Source: Clostridia bacterium
GTDB lineage: Bacteria; Bacillota; Clostridia; TANB77; CAG-508
Length of the DNA stretch: 64,000 nt
Direction of reading: 5' to 3'
NCBI GenBank assembly: GCA_045537285.1
Contig: JAZSPC010000052.1
Coordinates: 1,873 to 65,872 of the forward strand
The notes beneath the pieces are model-generated. The model searched no databases. It saw only the letters and a list, made by a program, of their open reading frames with translations, and was not told where the DNA came from. The position numbers and the translations under genes were made by a program. Shown piece by piece: positions 9,737 to 18,210 of the stretch (the stretch's first letter is position 1; each line of letters starts with the position of its first letter).

Positions 9737-12700
9737 TTAGCAACCGGTTTTTGGTAATTTTTTTACAATTTCTTTTTCTATAATTATTGTTTCAAAATTA
9801 CTACTATCTCTAACAACATATTCTTCTATATTACCTGATAAATTCGCGTTGTTTACAAGTTTATCATCTTTTTTTACATCATTATCAATTTTTGTATATA
9901 CAATTGGTTTTACTATTGCTTCAAAATCTTTTGAAACTGTTTTATATTCCACTTTTATTTCAGTAATTATTTCTTTATTTTCCAAATTTAGCTCATCAAA
10001 ACTTAAATACTCACTGGTTAAACTATTTACAGTTTTAAATAATCTATAATCATTTTGATTTGTTTTGTAATATATTTCATAATTTATATCTTCGTTATAT
10101 ATTCCTGTTATCATTTTGGTTACTTTACTATCTTCATAAGGAATATATTCTATCCAAGTGAAATCATCTAATTTAGTATTACTTGTGTTTTTAATTTCAA
10201 ATTCGTATTTTATCTCTTCATTTCTTTCTACTGTTTGTTGCCCTCTTATTTCAATGTTTAGGTTTGGAACTACCGCTTCATTTTTTATTTCTAAAACTTT
10301 AACCTCATTATTTTTATCTATATTTACAATAAATTCATTTTTATTTAATATATAATATCGGTTTGTAGCTTTTTCTTTTACTATGTATTTTCCTATTTCT
10401 AAATCTTTTGATATAGCTTTTCCTGATTCATCAGTAATTAAAGTTTCTACTAATTCATTATTAAAATCAAATATTTCAAACTCAACATTTTTTAAACTTT
10501 CTCCTTGTTTAATTTCTAATATTGGGCTATCATTACTGCTCGTTTTTATTATTTGAATCTTACCCCTTATTTTTTCGTTTTCGATTTGTAGTTTTACCAC
10601 TTCATTTGCTTTTATATTTATAGTTATAACTTTTTCATTTAATACATAATTACTATTTGTTTTAACTTCTTTTAAATGATATTTTCCAATCGGTAATCTT
10701 TTACTTATTGCATATCCTTTTTCATTAGTAACCAGCTTATCTACCACTTCATTATTTTTATCTAATATTTCAAATTCCACATTAGGTATTTTTATATTGC
10801 TATCATTTTTATCAGCTTTATATATTTCTACTTGTCCTTTTAATTTTTCATTTTCCACTATAACATTTGTTATTTCATTGTGTTTAACTTCTGCATTAAA
10901 TTCATTTTCTAATAATTCATATCCTTGGTTAGTTTCTATCTCTCGAATTAATATATTTCCAACTCTAATATCCTCAACTATCACGACTCCTTGTTCATTT
11001 GTTTTAGCCTCGTATGTAAATCCGTCTTTATCGGTTATCTTAAACTTAACACCTTCTAATACAATCTCAGGATTATCTTTATCTACTTTTGTTATTTCTA
11101 AACTTCCTTTTTTGTGTTCATTTTTTATAACTAATTCTGTAACCTTTTCATTTTCGACTTGCAATGTATAAATTTCATTATTCATTAGATAATTTGTGTT
11201 AATTCCTAAGTCTACTTCTTTTACTGTATATTCACCTATTAATAACCTTGAAGATGTAGCCTTACCCTTACTATCTGTTACTATTTCGTCTACCACTTTG
11301 TTGTTTATATCTAATATATGAAATTTAACACCTTCAAGTTTTATCTCTTCTTTTTTTGCATCTTGTTTAGTGATTTGTATTTGGCCTTTTTTCTTTTCGT
11401 TTTCTATTACAATATCAGACGTTTTATTCCATTCTACAATAATATCTTTATTTTCACACAAATTGTATTCTTTCTTTGTTACAATTTCTCTTAAAGTATA
11501 TGCACCTGTATTTATATTTTCTATATATGCTTCACCATTTACATCTGTTATTAAATGTGCTATCATTTTTCCATTTGCATCTATTAAATTAAATTCTATT
11601 GCACCTAATGTAATGGTTTTATCATCTTTATCCACTTTTGTAATCTTTAAGTTTCCTTTTTTATGTATGTTTTCAATAACTAGTTCTGTTATCTTTTCAT
11701 CTTCTATTCTTGTTTTATATTCTGTTTCTTCCAATATGTATTCCACATTGTCTCCTAAACTTATTTCTTTAATTGTATATTCTCCAATAGGTAATCTTTT
11801 AGTTATACCTACACCTGCCAAATCAGTTTTAATTTCATCCACAACATTGTTATTACTATCTATTATTTGGAATTCTACACCCTCTAATTTAATTTCATTA
11901 TTTTCTTTATCTTGTTTTGTAATTTGGATTTGCCCTTTTTTCTTTTCATTTTGAATTGTCATTTCTGTTGTTTCATTCCATTTAACCTCTATATTATTAT
12001 CTGTACAAAGATTATAGTTTTCTTTTGTTTTAGTTTCTTTTAATGTATAACTCCCTATATTTATATTATTAATTTGTGCTTCACCATTTATATCTGTAAT
12101 CAAATGTGCAACTTTATTTTTATTTAAATCTATTAAATCAAATTCAATTCCTTCTAGCACCACATTATTTTCATCTTTATCAACTTTTGTTATTTTTAAA
12201 TTTCCTTTTTTATGGGTATTTGTTATAGTTCTACTTACTTCTTTATTGTATTCTGTTTTCATCTCATATACCGTTTCATCTTTTTCATAATTTTCGTTTG
12301 CAGTAAGTTCTCTGATTTTATATGTACCTTGATATATATTTTTAAAAGTAACCACTCCATTTGTATTTGTTTTGCCACTTGTTATATATTCATCATTATT
12401 GTTATACAACCCAAATTCAACATCTTTTATAGGGTTAGAACTTTCTGCATCTTTTTTTACTATCTTTATACTCGATGTGTTTGTAGTCTTATTAAATTCT
12501 GTACTTGATTCATAACTTGCATACGGACTACAAGTTACAGCATAATTTTGCAATGTATTCTTAGGTGCTTGTCCGAAAAATACTGCATTTGTTTTACATT
12601 CCGCTACGACATTAATTTTCCCTGATATATCTTTATCTAATTCTGTTTTGGGTATCATTATCCTAAATTTTTCAGATGGCGAGAATGTATTTTTACTCAC

Positions 12701-13387
12701 TCCTATATTATTTGCTACATAGCTTCCTTCTGGAAAATTTTCTATGCTTTTCACAGTATATTGGCTAATATTTACATCTGCATTTACACTATATTCTTGG
12801 TAATAATAGTTACCATTTTCTATTAAATCTCCTAATTTATTTATGGCTATTACTGGCTCTTTATATTCTGCATTACCTGCTTTTCCTTTTTCTGTTATTT
12901 CATATATTGCATTTATTATTTTTTCACCTCTTACATCAGCTGCTTTATAGAAACTTTTCACATCTCTGCCTAACATAACGCATTTAATTGCATGTTTTGT
13001 TGCAACATATGCATCATCTTCTGTTTCTACACCCAGTTGTTCAATTGTTTTATATGGATATCCGTTTATTACAATGTTGTATAATAATTTATCTGTTAAT
13101 AGTTTATCTGTTGTAACTGTATATGAACCCTCTTCATCAACGCCATTAGCTCCAACTGTTATACAATATGCAGGATACTTTTTCCCATCTTCTTTATATG
13201 AAATATATCCAAATTGAATTTTACGCCATTCTTGTTTTTCTTCGTTATAGTACATAATATGAGTATCTAATTTGTGATCATATATTAAATTTGCTTTTGT
13301 AAGTTCGCTTATGGCATTTACTACTGGCATAAACGCATTCATTATTGTTATTAAAATCGTAAACATTACTATCCATTTTTTTATCAT
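9737..13387 (-). CDS. Large secreted surface adhesin: N-terminal Cys-containing domain, 8 tandem CnaB/SpaA-type domains, C-terminal beta-sandwich and LPKTG
   Basis: 1216 aa. Signal peptide ending in VNA. Eight repeats of the form KKG(N/Q)(L/I)(K/Q)ITK.DKD...LEGVEF.I.D...G....L..G.Y.(L/I)KE. Ends ...KKLPKTGC*. A sortase gene lies immediately upstream. Confidence 0.85.
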   Translation of the reverse strand: MIKKWIVMFTILITIMNAFMPVVNAISELTKANLIYDHKLDTHIMYYNEEKQEWRKIQFGYISYKEDGKKYPAYCITVGANGVDEEGSYTVTTDKLLTDKLLYNIVINGYPYKTIEQLGVETEDDAYVATKHAIKCVMLGRDVKSFYKAADVRGEKIINAIYEITEKGKAGNAEYKEPVIAINKLGDLIENGNYYYQEYSVNADVNISQYTVKSIENFPEGSYVANNIGVSKNTFSPSEKFRIMIPKTELDKDISGKINVVAECKTNAVFFGQAPKNTLQNYAVTCSPYASYESSTEFNKTTNTSSIKIVKKDAESSNPIKDVEFGLYNNNDEYITSGKTNTNGVVTFKNIYQGTYKIRELTANENYEKDETVYEMKTEYNKEVSRTITNTHKKGNLKITKVDKDENNVVLEGIEFDLIDLNKNKVAHLITDINGEAQINNINIGSYTLKETKTKENYNLCTDNNIEVKWNETTEMTIQNEKKKGQIQITKQDKENNEIKLEGVEFQIIDSNNNVVDEIKTDLAGVGITKRLPIGEYTIKEISLGDNVEYILEETEYKTRIEDEKITELVIENIHKKGNLKITKVDKDDKTITLGAIEFNLIDANGKMIAHLITDVNGEAYIENINTGAYTLREIVTKKEYNLCENKDIIVEWNKTSDIVIENEKKKGQIQITKQDAKKEEIKLEGVKFHILDINNKVVDEIVTDSKGKATSSRLLIGEYTVKEVDLGINTNYLMNNEIYTLQVENEKVTELVIKNEHKKGSLEITKVDKDNPEIVLEGVKFKITDKDGFTYEAKTNEQGVVIVEDIRVGNILIREIETNQGYELLENEFNAEVKHNEITNVIVENEKLKGQVEIYKADKNDSNIKIPNVEFEILDKNNEVVDKLVTNEKGYAISKRLPIGKYHLKEVKTNSNYVLNEKVITINIKANEVVKLQIENEKIRGKIQIIKTSSNDSPILEIKQGESLKNVEFEIFDFNNELVETLITDESGKAISKDLEIGKYIVKEKATNRYYILNKNEFIVNIDKNNEVKVLEIKNEAVVPNLNIEIRGQQTVERNEEIKYEFEIKNTSNTKLDDFTWIEYIPYEDSKVTKMITGIYNEDINYEIYYKTNQNDYRLFKTVNSLTSEYLSFDELNLENKEIITEIKVEYKTVSKDFEAIVKPIVYTKIDNDVKKDDKLVNNANLSGNIEEYVVRDSSNFETIIIEKEIVKKLPKTGC
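10274..12475 (-). repeat. Tandem array of 8 CnaB-type domain repeats, including a duplicated A-B two-domain block
   Basis: Domains start at residues 305, 393, 483, 576, 666, 759, 849 and 940. Residues 393-575 and 576-758 are both 183 aa and colinear. The DNA copies have diverged and are not identical. Confidence 0.8.
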
Positions 13388-13400
13388 AAAAATTCCTCCT

Positions 13401-13955
13401 TTATTTTTCTTCTACGGCTTGAACACATAATCTTTGATTTGGTTTATTTGCAATACACGTAATCATAGTTATTCTATTATCTTTTGTTGTTTGCAAATCT
13501 GACCAATCTGTATCATATATAACTTTCTTTTTAGTAACTATATATTTTCTTTCAAAAAACTTTGTTTTATATATTATCTTGTCTCCTTTTTCTAATTCAT
13601 TAAGTCTAGCAAAATACGAAAACTCCGTACCTCTATTATGAGCAGCTAAGCCAATATTTCCTTCATACTTTGCAGTTTCAGGCATATGACCTATGTACTC
13701 CATTAAAATATCTTGTGTGCTACCTTCCTTTACTTTTGCTTTTAACCCTATTTTATCTATTGTTAAAATTCCTAAAATACTTTCATCAATAATTTCTTCG
13801 TTTTCTTCATAAACAATATTTATATAATTCTCATCTGTTTTTACATCTTCTATTTGTGTTAATTCATATTCTTTTTTTGAAGATATAAAGGGTATGCTTA
13901 ATAAAAGTATTGCAATAAAAACAACACCTAAAATATATCTTAATATTTTACGCAT
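13401..13955 (-). CDS. Sortase (small class D/C-like transpeptidase)
   Basis: 184 aa with an N-terminal TM segment. Catalytic His in LAAHNRG, Cys in ITMITC (TLxTC-like), Arg in QRLCVQA. Confidence 0.85.
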   Translation of the reverse strand: MRKILRYILGVVFIAILLLSIPFISSKKEYELTQIEDVKTDENYINIVYEENEEIIDESILGILTIDKIGLKAKVKEGSTQDILMEYIGHMPETAKYEGNIGLAAHNRGTEFSYFARLNELEKGDKIIYKTKFFERKYIVTKKKVIYDTDWSDLQTTKDNRITMITCIANKPNQRLCVQAVEEK

Positions 13956-14067
13956 AGAACCTCCTTTCCTATTTAATTTTTAATTCTTTTTGTTGGAAAT
14001 TAAAAAGATTAAAATTTTAATTTTGTGTCTTTCCTAAGTTGTCTGTTAGATAAATAAACTTAATTAA

Positions 14068-14096
14068 ATAATACAATACATTTCCATTTTTTGCAA
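14068..14096 (-). promoter_or_regulatory. Candidate promoter for the sortase-adhesin operon
   Basis: Minus strand reads TTGCAA - 17 nt - TATTAT, about 110 nt upstream of the sortase ATG. Confidence 0.4.
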
Positions 14097-14129
14097 GAAA
14101 AATCGTTCGTCATAATTCGACAACTCCTA

Positions 14130-14161
14130 TTCAAAAAGAGCATTAATAATAAATGCTCTTT
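14130..14161 (-). terminator. Terminator after the GNAT gene
   Basis: aaagagcatt / aatgctcttt stem followed by a T-run. Confidence 0.7.
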
Positions 14162-14166
14162 TAGTT

Positions 14167-14637
14167 TTATATTAAGTTCTTATAGAATAATTCGCCATAT
14201 CCGCCTTCATTTTTTTCTACCACTTGTTTATATTTATATCCTAATTTTTTATAAAAATCTGGTACTTGATCTGTCCAAATATATACTTTTTCATATCCTA
14301 GTTCTTTTAATATTTTTTCACCATTTGAAATTAATATTCTTCCGTATCCTCTACCCCTATACTCTTCCAATATCATTATGTCTGACAACCATGGATATAT
14401 ATCTGGATATTTTTTTAAGTTTTCTAATTTAAATACACAAAAACCAACAATATTGTTGTAATCATCTAATAATGTAATTCCAAACGGCAATTTGTTTTTG
14501 GTATATAATTCTGAAAATTTATATTCTGTGTTTTCTCTTATCATTTTAGGATTAAATTTCTTCCAATAATTATAATGAATATCTATTATTTTATTAAGTT
14601 CTTCATTATTCAACTCACTAAATTTTTTAATTTTCAT
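14167..14637 (-). CDS. GNAT-family N-acetyltransferase
   Basis: 156 aa. Acetyl-CoA-binding motif ILEEYRGRGYGRILI. Confidence 0.8.
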   Translation of the reverse strand: MKIKKFSELNNEELNKIIDIHYNYWKKFNPKMIRENTEYKFSELYTKNKLPFGITLLDDYNNIVGFCVFKLENLKKYPDIYPWLSDIMILEEYRGRGYGRILISNGEKILKELGYEKVYIWTDQVPDFYKKLGYKYKQVVEKNEGGYGELFYKNLI

Positions 14638-14689
14638 TTTCCCTCCAAATATTTATTAATAAAAAAGCAGCTATATATGCTGCTTTGAC

Positions 14690-15045
14690 TGGTGGAGATG
14701 AGGAGATTCGAACTCCTGTCCAACAACCTTTCCACATAAACTTCTCCGAGTTCAGTTTGTTATTAAAATTCCCTTATTTTAAGTTAGCAAACAAACTTAT
14801 AAACAAGGTAGTTTCTAAAATACCTACTATTTGTGAAACAACAAATAGCTTCGTTTCCCACTAAGTCGTCGCCTTATCCTATAACGTGGGAATTATTGGT
14901 AAGACGTCGCCGCGACTAGGCAGCGTATGCTAATTCTCTATTATCAGCGTTTATTTTTAATTTCGCTTTTTTATAGTGGCCAAAGCGACCATCCACTACT
15001 CGCTATTTATACTTCTAGGTTGCTGTCGAAACCAAGCACATCCCC
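14690..15045 (-). ncRNA. ssrA: tmRNA (SsrA)
   Basis: 5' end GGGGATGTGCTTGGTTTCGACAG and 3' end GGAGTTCGAATCTCCTCATCTCCACCA (tRNA-Ala-like acceptor and T-arm). The internal tag ORF reads ...GCT GAT AAT AGA GAA TTA GCA TAC GCT GCC TAG, giving (A)DNRELAYAA*. The resume codon is uncertain, and an upstream GCG would give AKLKINADNRELAYAA. Confidence 0.93.
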
Positions 15046-15083
15046 ATGTACTTATTTAGTATAACACATAAAGTCAAAAAAGT

Positions 15084-15830
15084 CTAGCTAATTTCTTTGG
15101 TATATTTTACTTTTCTTTGTATTAATTTTCTTAGCCCATATATAGTGTAAAATGGTAAAATTGATTGTGAAAGTATTGTAAATAATGTGTAGTATTTTCC
15201 AGTTAGATTATATAAAACTTCTAACGGCATACCTGGGAAGTTTTGAGATATAAACATTAAGTTACTATCAAATATATTGTTCACAATATATGCAATAGCA
15301 CAAATTATACTAACCATGCTAAAATAGTAAACTATATCCTTCTTTTCTAATTCAATATAATTAGTTATATTTACTAACAACGCTAAATATAGCATAATTC
15401 CATGATATATAAAACTATGAATACTTACTAAATGGAACATTGGATAAGTAGGTAGTGATGTATATGGAAATAATATAAATATAATTCCTCCTGCAATTCC
15501 ACCAGTTGCTATAAATACGTCTCCTACTCTTTTTAATTTTCCTTTACAAAATGAACTAAGTCCTCCTGCATAAAGTAACAAAGAACAATAATACAAAGGA
15601 ACCCAATTATTAATATGACCTATTCCTCCTGTACTAATTTTAAATGCTGTTTTTATACATTCAAAAATCCATACAAATATTGTACAATTTCTTATTATAT
15701 TCTTTACATCTTTTTTTATCGTATATTTTAAAGCTACTATTATTGATACAATTGTTATTGCCATTAATATAAAATGCTTAATTGTAAATATTCCACATGC
15801 TTCATATTCTCCTGCTTTTGATAAAAACAT
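15084..15830 (-). CDS. Integral membrane protein (possibly YwaF/TMEM164-like)
   Basis: 248 aa with about 7 TM segments. VPLYYCSLLLY resembles the LPLHLCS motif of that family. Weak call. Confidence 0.4.
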   Translation of the reverse strand: MFLSKAGEYEACGIFTIKHFILMAITIVSIIVALKYTIKKDVKNIIRNCTIFVWIFECIKTAFKISTGGIGHINNWVPLYYCSLLLYAGGLSSFCKGKLKRVGDVFIATGGIAGGIIFILFPYTSLPTYPMFHLVSIHSFIYHGIMLYLALLVNITNYIELEKKDIVYYFSMVSIICAIAYIVNNIFDSNLMFISQNFPGMPLEVLYNLTGKYYTLFTILSQSILPFYTIYGLRKLIQRKVKYTKEIS

Positions 15831-16023
15831 TTTTATTTCACTTCCTATTTTATTTCATTTAATTTCTACATATTTTTTAATTTATGTAATATATTATATA
15901 TCAAATTAATAATTTCGTACACAACGTTTAATATAAAATTTTAATTTTTTAAATAATAATTTTCTTTTTCTCTCTTGCATATAATAAAAATATATGTTAA
16001 GATAAATAATGTACTAATTAGAT

Positions 16024-16097
16024 AGGGGCATAGTACATCGGTAGTATAATGGTCTCCAAAACCACTGAGCTAGGTTCGACTCCTAGTGCCCCTGCCA
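16024..16097 (+). tRNA. trnW: tRNA-Trp (anticodon CCA)
   Basis: 74 nt. Acceptor AGGGGCA/TGCCCCT, anticodon loop CTCCAAA, T-loop GGTTCGACTCC, encoded CCA. Confidence 0.92.
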
Positions 16098-16101
16098 ATA
16101 A

Positions 16102-16136
16102 ACAGACTTTGCAGAGGCAAGGTCTGTATTTTTTAT
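16102..16136 (+). terminator. Terminator after tRNA-Trp
   Basis: ACAGACTTTGC-AGAG-GCAAGGTCTGT stem followed by ATTTTTTATT. Confidence 0.75.
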
Positions 16137-16165
16137 TCAAATTTATTCTTTTTCTTGGAGGTTTT

Positions 16166-16756
16166 ATGTCTTTTAATATTGTTTCTAAATCTCTTATTCC
16201 TTTTGTCTCAATAATTTTAATTGTTCCAACACTCTTTATTCCTACATTTTCAAATAATTCTAATTTAGAAATTAATCCCGAATTACTAGAAAGTTTTAAT
16301 ATATCTGGTTCTGTTTTTTATTGGCCTATACCTGGTTATACTAGAATAAGTTCATATTTCGGAAACCGTAACTCTCCCACCGCTGGTGCCAGTTCATTTC
16401 ATCAAGGAATTGATATTCCTGCACCTGCTGGCACAAATTTGGTTGCTGTTTTTAGTGGAATTGTATCATATATTGGTTTTAATGGTTCAGGCGGTTATGC
16501 TATACATATAGAAAACAATAATCTTAAATTTATATATCACCATGTTTCACCTAATTATATTGTTGATATTGGAGATTACGTATATTCTGGTCAAGTTATT
16601 GGACAAGTTGGTCCTAAAAATGTTTATGGAGTTAAAAATAATCCATATAAAGATAGTAGTGGTAAGCCAACAAATGGCGCAACTACTGGACCACACTTGC
16701 ATTTCACAATAAAAAAAGACGGCAGAGCCGTCAATCCTTTAAATTATTTTAAATAA
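16166..16756 (+). CDS. M23 (LytM) family metallopeptidase, secreted or membrane-anchored
   Basis: The start was moved to ATG 16166 (GGAGG RBS), because the track ORF start at 16049 runs through the tRNA. Motifs HQGIDIPAPAGT and GPHLHFTI. Confidence 0.85.
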   Translation: MSFNIVSKSLIPFVSIILIVPTLFIPTFSNNSNLEINPELLESFNISGSVFYWPIPGYTRISSYFGNRNSPTAGASSFHQGIDIPAPAGTNLVAVFSGIVSYIGFNGSGGYAIHIENNNLKFIYHHVSPNYIVDIGDYVYSGQVIGQVGPKNVYGVKNNPYKDSSGKPTNGATTGPHLHFTIKKDGRAVNPLNYFK

Positions 16757-17242
16757 TTACATATCGTCATCTTCATCTTCTTCATCGTGGTCATGACCGC
16801 AGTCTCCACCGCAATCGTGACAATGACCTGAGCAACCTTCATGGTCGTGTTCGTCATTCCAATCAAGTTCTATTGTATTTTCACATTCTGGACATACAAC
16901 ACTTTCTTTTGGACCTTCTGAAAAATCTACTGAAAATTCCGCATCGCAATAAGGACATATAACATCAAAATCATATTCCTCATTTTCTTTAATATATATA
17001 TCACTTTCTATTTTTTGTATTGAATCTTCAATTTCACTCATTCTATCATCTAAAACTTTGCATCTAACAGCAATATCTTCCATTTTTTCATTGCATTTTG
17101 CTTCTAATTTATCAAACTCATCTAAAAATATCGTGTATATATTGTATATTTGAGTTTTTACATACTCAAAGTCTTCTTTGTTTGTTATTCTTTTTTCGAT
17201 ATCTGAAATAACTTTATCAAGCTTTTCTTTTAATTCTGACAT
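16757..17242 (-). CDS. Coiled-coil and zinc-ribbon protein with a His/Cys/Asp-rich tail
   Basis: 161 aa. Zinc-ribbon motif CPYC...x20...CPEC. Tail HDHEGCSGHCHDCGGDCGHDHDEEDEDDDM. Lies directly downstream of efp. Confidence 0.6.
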   Translation of the reverse strand: MSELKEKLDKVISDIEKRITNKEDFEYVKTQIYNIYTIFLDEFDKLEAKCNEKMEDIAVRCKVLDDRMSEIEDSIQKIESDIYIKENEEYDFDVICPYCDAEFSVDFSEGPKESVVCPECENTIELDWNDEHDHEGCSGHCHDCGGDCGHDHDEEDEDDDM

Positions 17243-17253
17243 TAAACTATCTC

Positions 17254-17820
17254 CTATACTCTTTCCATATATTCACCAGTTCTTGTATCTATTTTTATAA
17301 CATCTCCGATGTTTATAAATAATGGAACTGATATTTCATAACCGTTTTCTAGTGTAGCTGGTTTTCCAGATGTTGTAGTTGTATTTCCACTAAATCCTGG
17401 TTCTGTATATGTAACTTCTAATTCTACGAACATTGGTGGTTCAACTGAGAAAACTTTTCCTTTAAAAGATAATACTTTAACACTCATATTTTCTTTTATG
17501 TATTTTAAACTATCTCCTAATTGCTCTTTGTTTAATGGTAATTGTTCATAGCTTTCATTATCCATGAAATAGTATAAATCTCCATCATTGTATAAGTATT
17601 GCATTTCTCTTTTTTCGATTTCTGCACCTTGTAATTTTTCTGATGGGTTAAATGTTTTTTCTAAAACTGCTCCTGTTATAACATTTTTTAATTTTGTTCT
17701 AACAAATGCTGCTCCTTTTCCTGGTTTAACATGTTGGAATTCTACTACTTTATATACTCCATTATCCATTTCAAATGTTGTTCCATTTCTTACATCTCCT
17801 GCCATATATACTTCTGCCAT
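17254..17820 (-). CDS. efp: Elongation factor P
   Basis: 188 aa. Motif [25 protein letters not shown]. Confidence 0.95.
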   Translation of the reverse strand: MAEVYMAGDVRNGTTFEMDNGVYKVVEFQHVKPGKGAAFVRTKLKNVITGAVLEKTFNPSEKLQGAEIEKREMQYLYNDGDLYYFMDNESYEQLPLNKEQLGDSLKYIKENMSVKVLSFKGKVFSVEPPMFVELEVTYTEPGFSGNTTTTSGKPATLENGYEISVPLFINIGDVIKIDTRTGEYMERV

Positions 17821-17929
17821 TTGTATCTACCTCCATAATATTATAATTAAATCTTATATATTTTATACTATTTTTGCTTGAAAATCAATATTTTTCTTAA
17901 TATTATTGATATTTTTATTATTTTTAATG

Positions 17930-17970
17930 CAAAACAAAAAGGAAAATGCAAAATTTACACTTTCCTTTTT
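17930..17970 (-). terminator. Terminator after the pilin-like gene, positioned just past the out-of-frame C-terminal segment
   Basis: Minus strand GGAAAGTG-TAAATTTTG-CATTTTCC followed by TTTTTGTTTT, about 30 nt beyond the TAA at 18001. Confidence 0.7.
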
Positions 17971-18000
17971 ATATAAAATTCTTTATATTTTCATAAAACT

Positions 18001-18210
18001 TTAAATTCCAGATGGGTTCATTACTATTGGTCGAACCCCTAATGTATCCACTTTCCCAATTATAAATGATGAATCACCATAAGTTTGTTTCCATAAACAT
18101 TCGGATGGAAACATACCGCATTTCCTTCCAAATGTAAAAATTTCACCTCCCACACTAGCACTATCTTCAAATAGACGCCTCGAAGCAACCCAGTATCTAT
18201 CGCCGTATAT
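18001..18210 (-). pseudogene. Out-of-frame C-terminal domain of the pilin-like protein (69 codons in the +1 frame)
   Basis: Hand translation gives IYGDRYWVASRRLFEDSASVGGEIFTFGRKCGMFPSECLWKQTYGDSSFIIGKVDTLGVRPIVMNPSGI*. This aligns with the C-terminus of the paralog at 54691 (…NYWVSARN…LGVRPVVINPTGI…). Confidence 0.8.

Noticed and set aside
9849-12508. Plus-strand ORFs (up to 194 aa) inside the adhesin gene.
   Set aside because: They are antisense to a repeat-rich, clearly coding minus-strand gene. Their low-complexity Ser/Phe/Ile composition is typical of shadow frames in AT-rich DNA.
14091-14432. 113-aa plus-strand ORF.
   Set aside because: It is antisense to the GNAT acetyltransferase gene and crosses that gene's terminator.
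9303-14690. Considered whether the GNAT, sortase, adhesin and coiled-coil block is a genomic island integrated at the 3' end of ssrA.
   Set aside because: There is no integrase or recombinase, and no duplicated copy of the tmRNA 3' end (…GATTCGAACTCC…) at the far boundary. Composition looks like the rest of the window.
16049-16165. N-terminal 39 codons of track ORF 16049..16756.
   Set aside because: This stretch runs through tRNA-Trp and its terminator. The real start is ATG 16166, behind a GGAGG.
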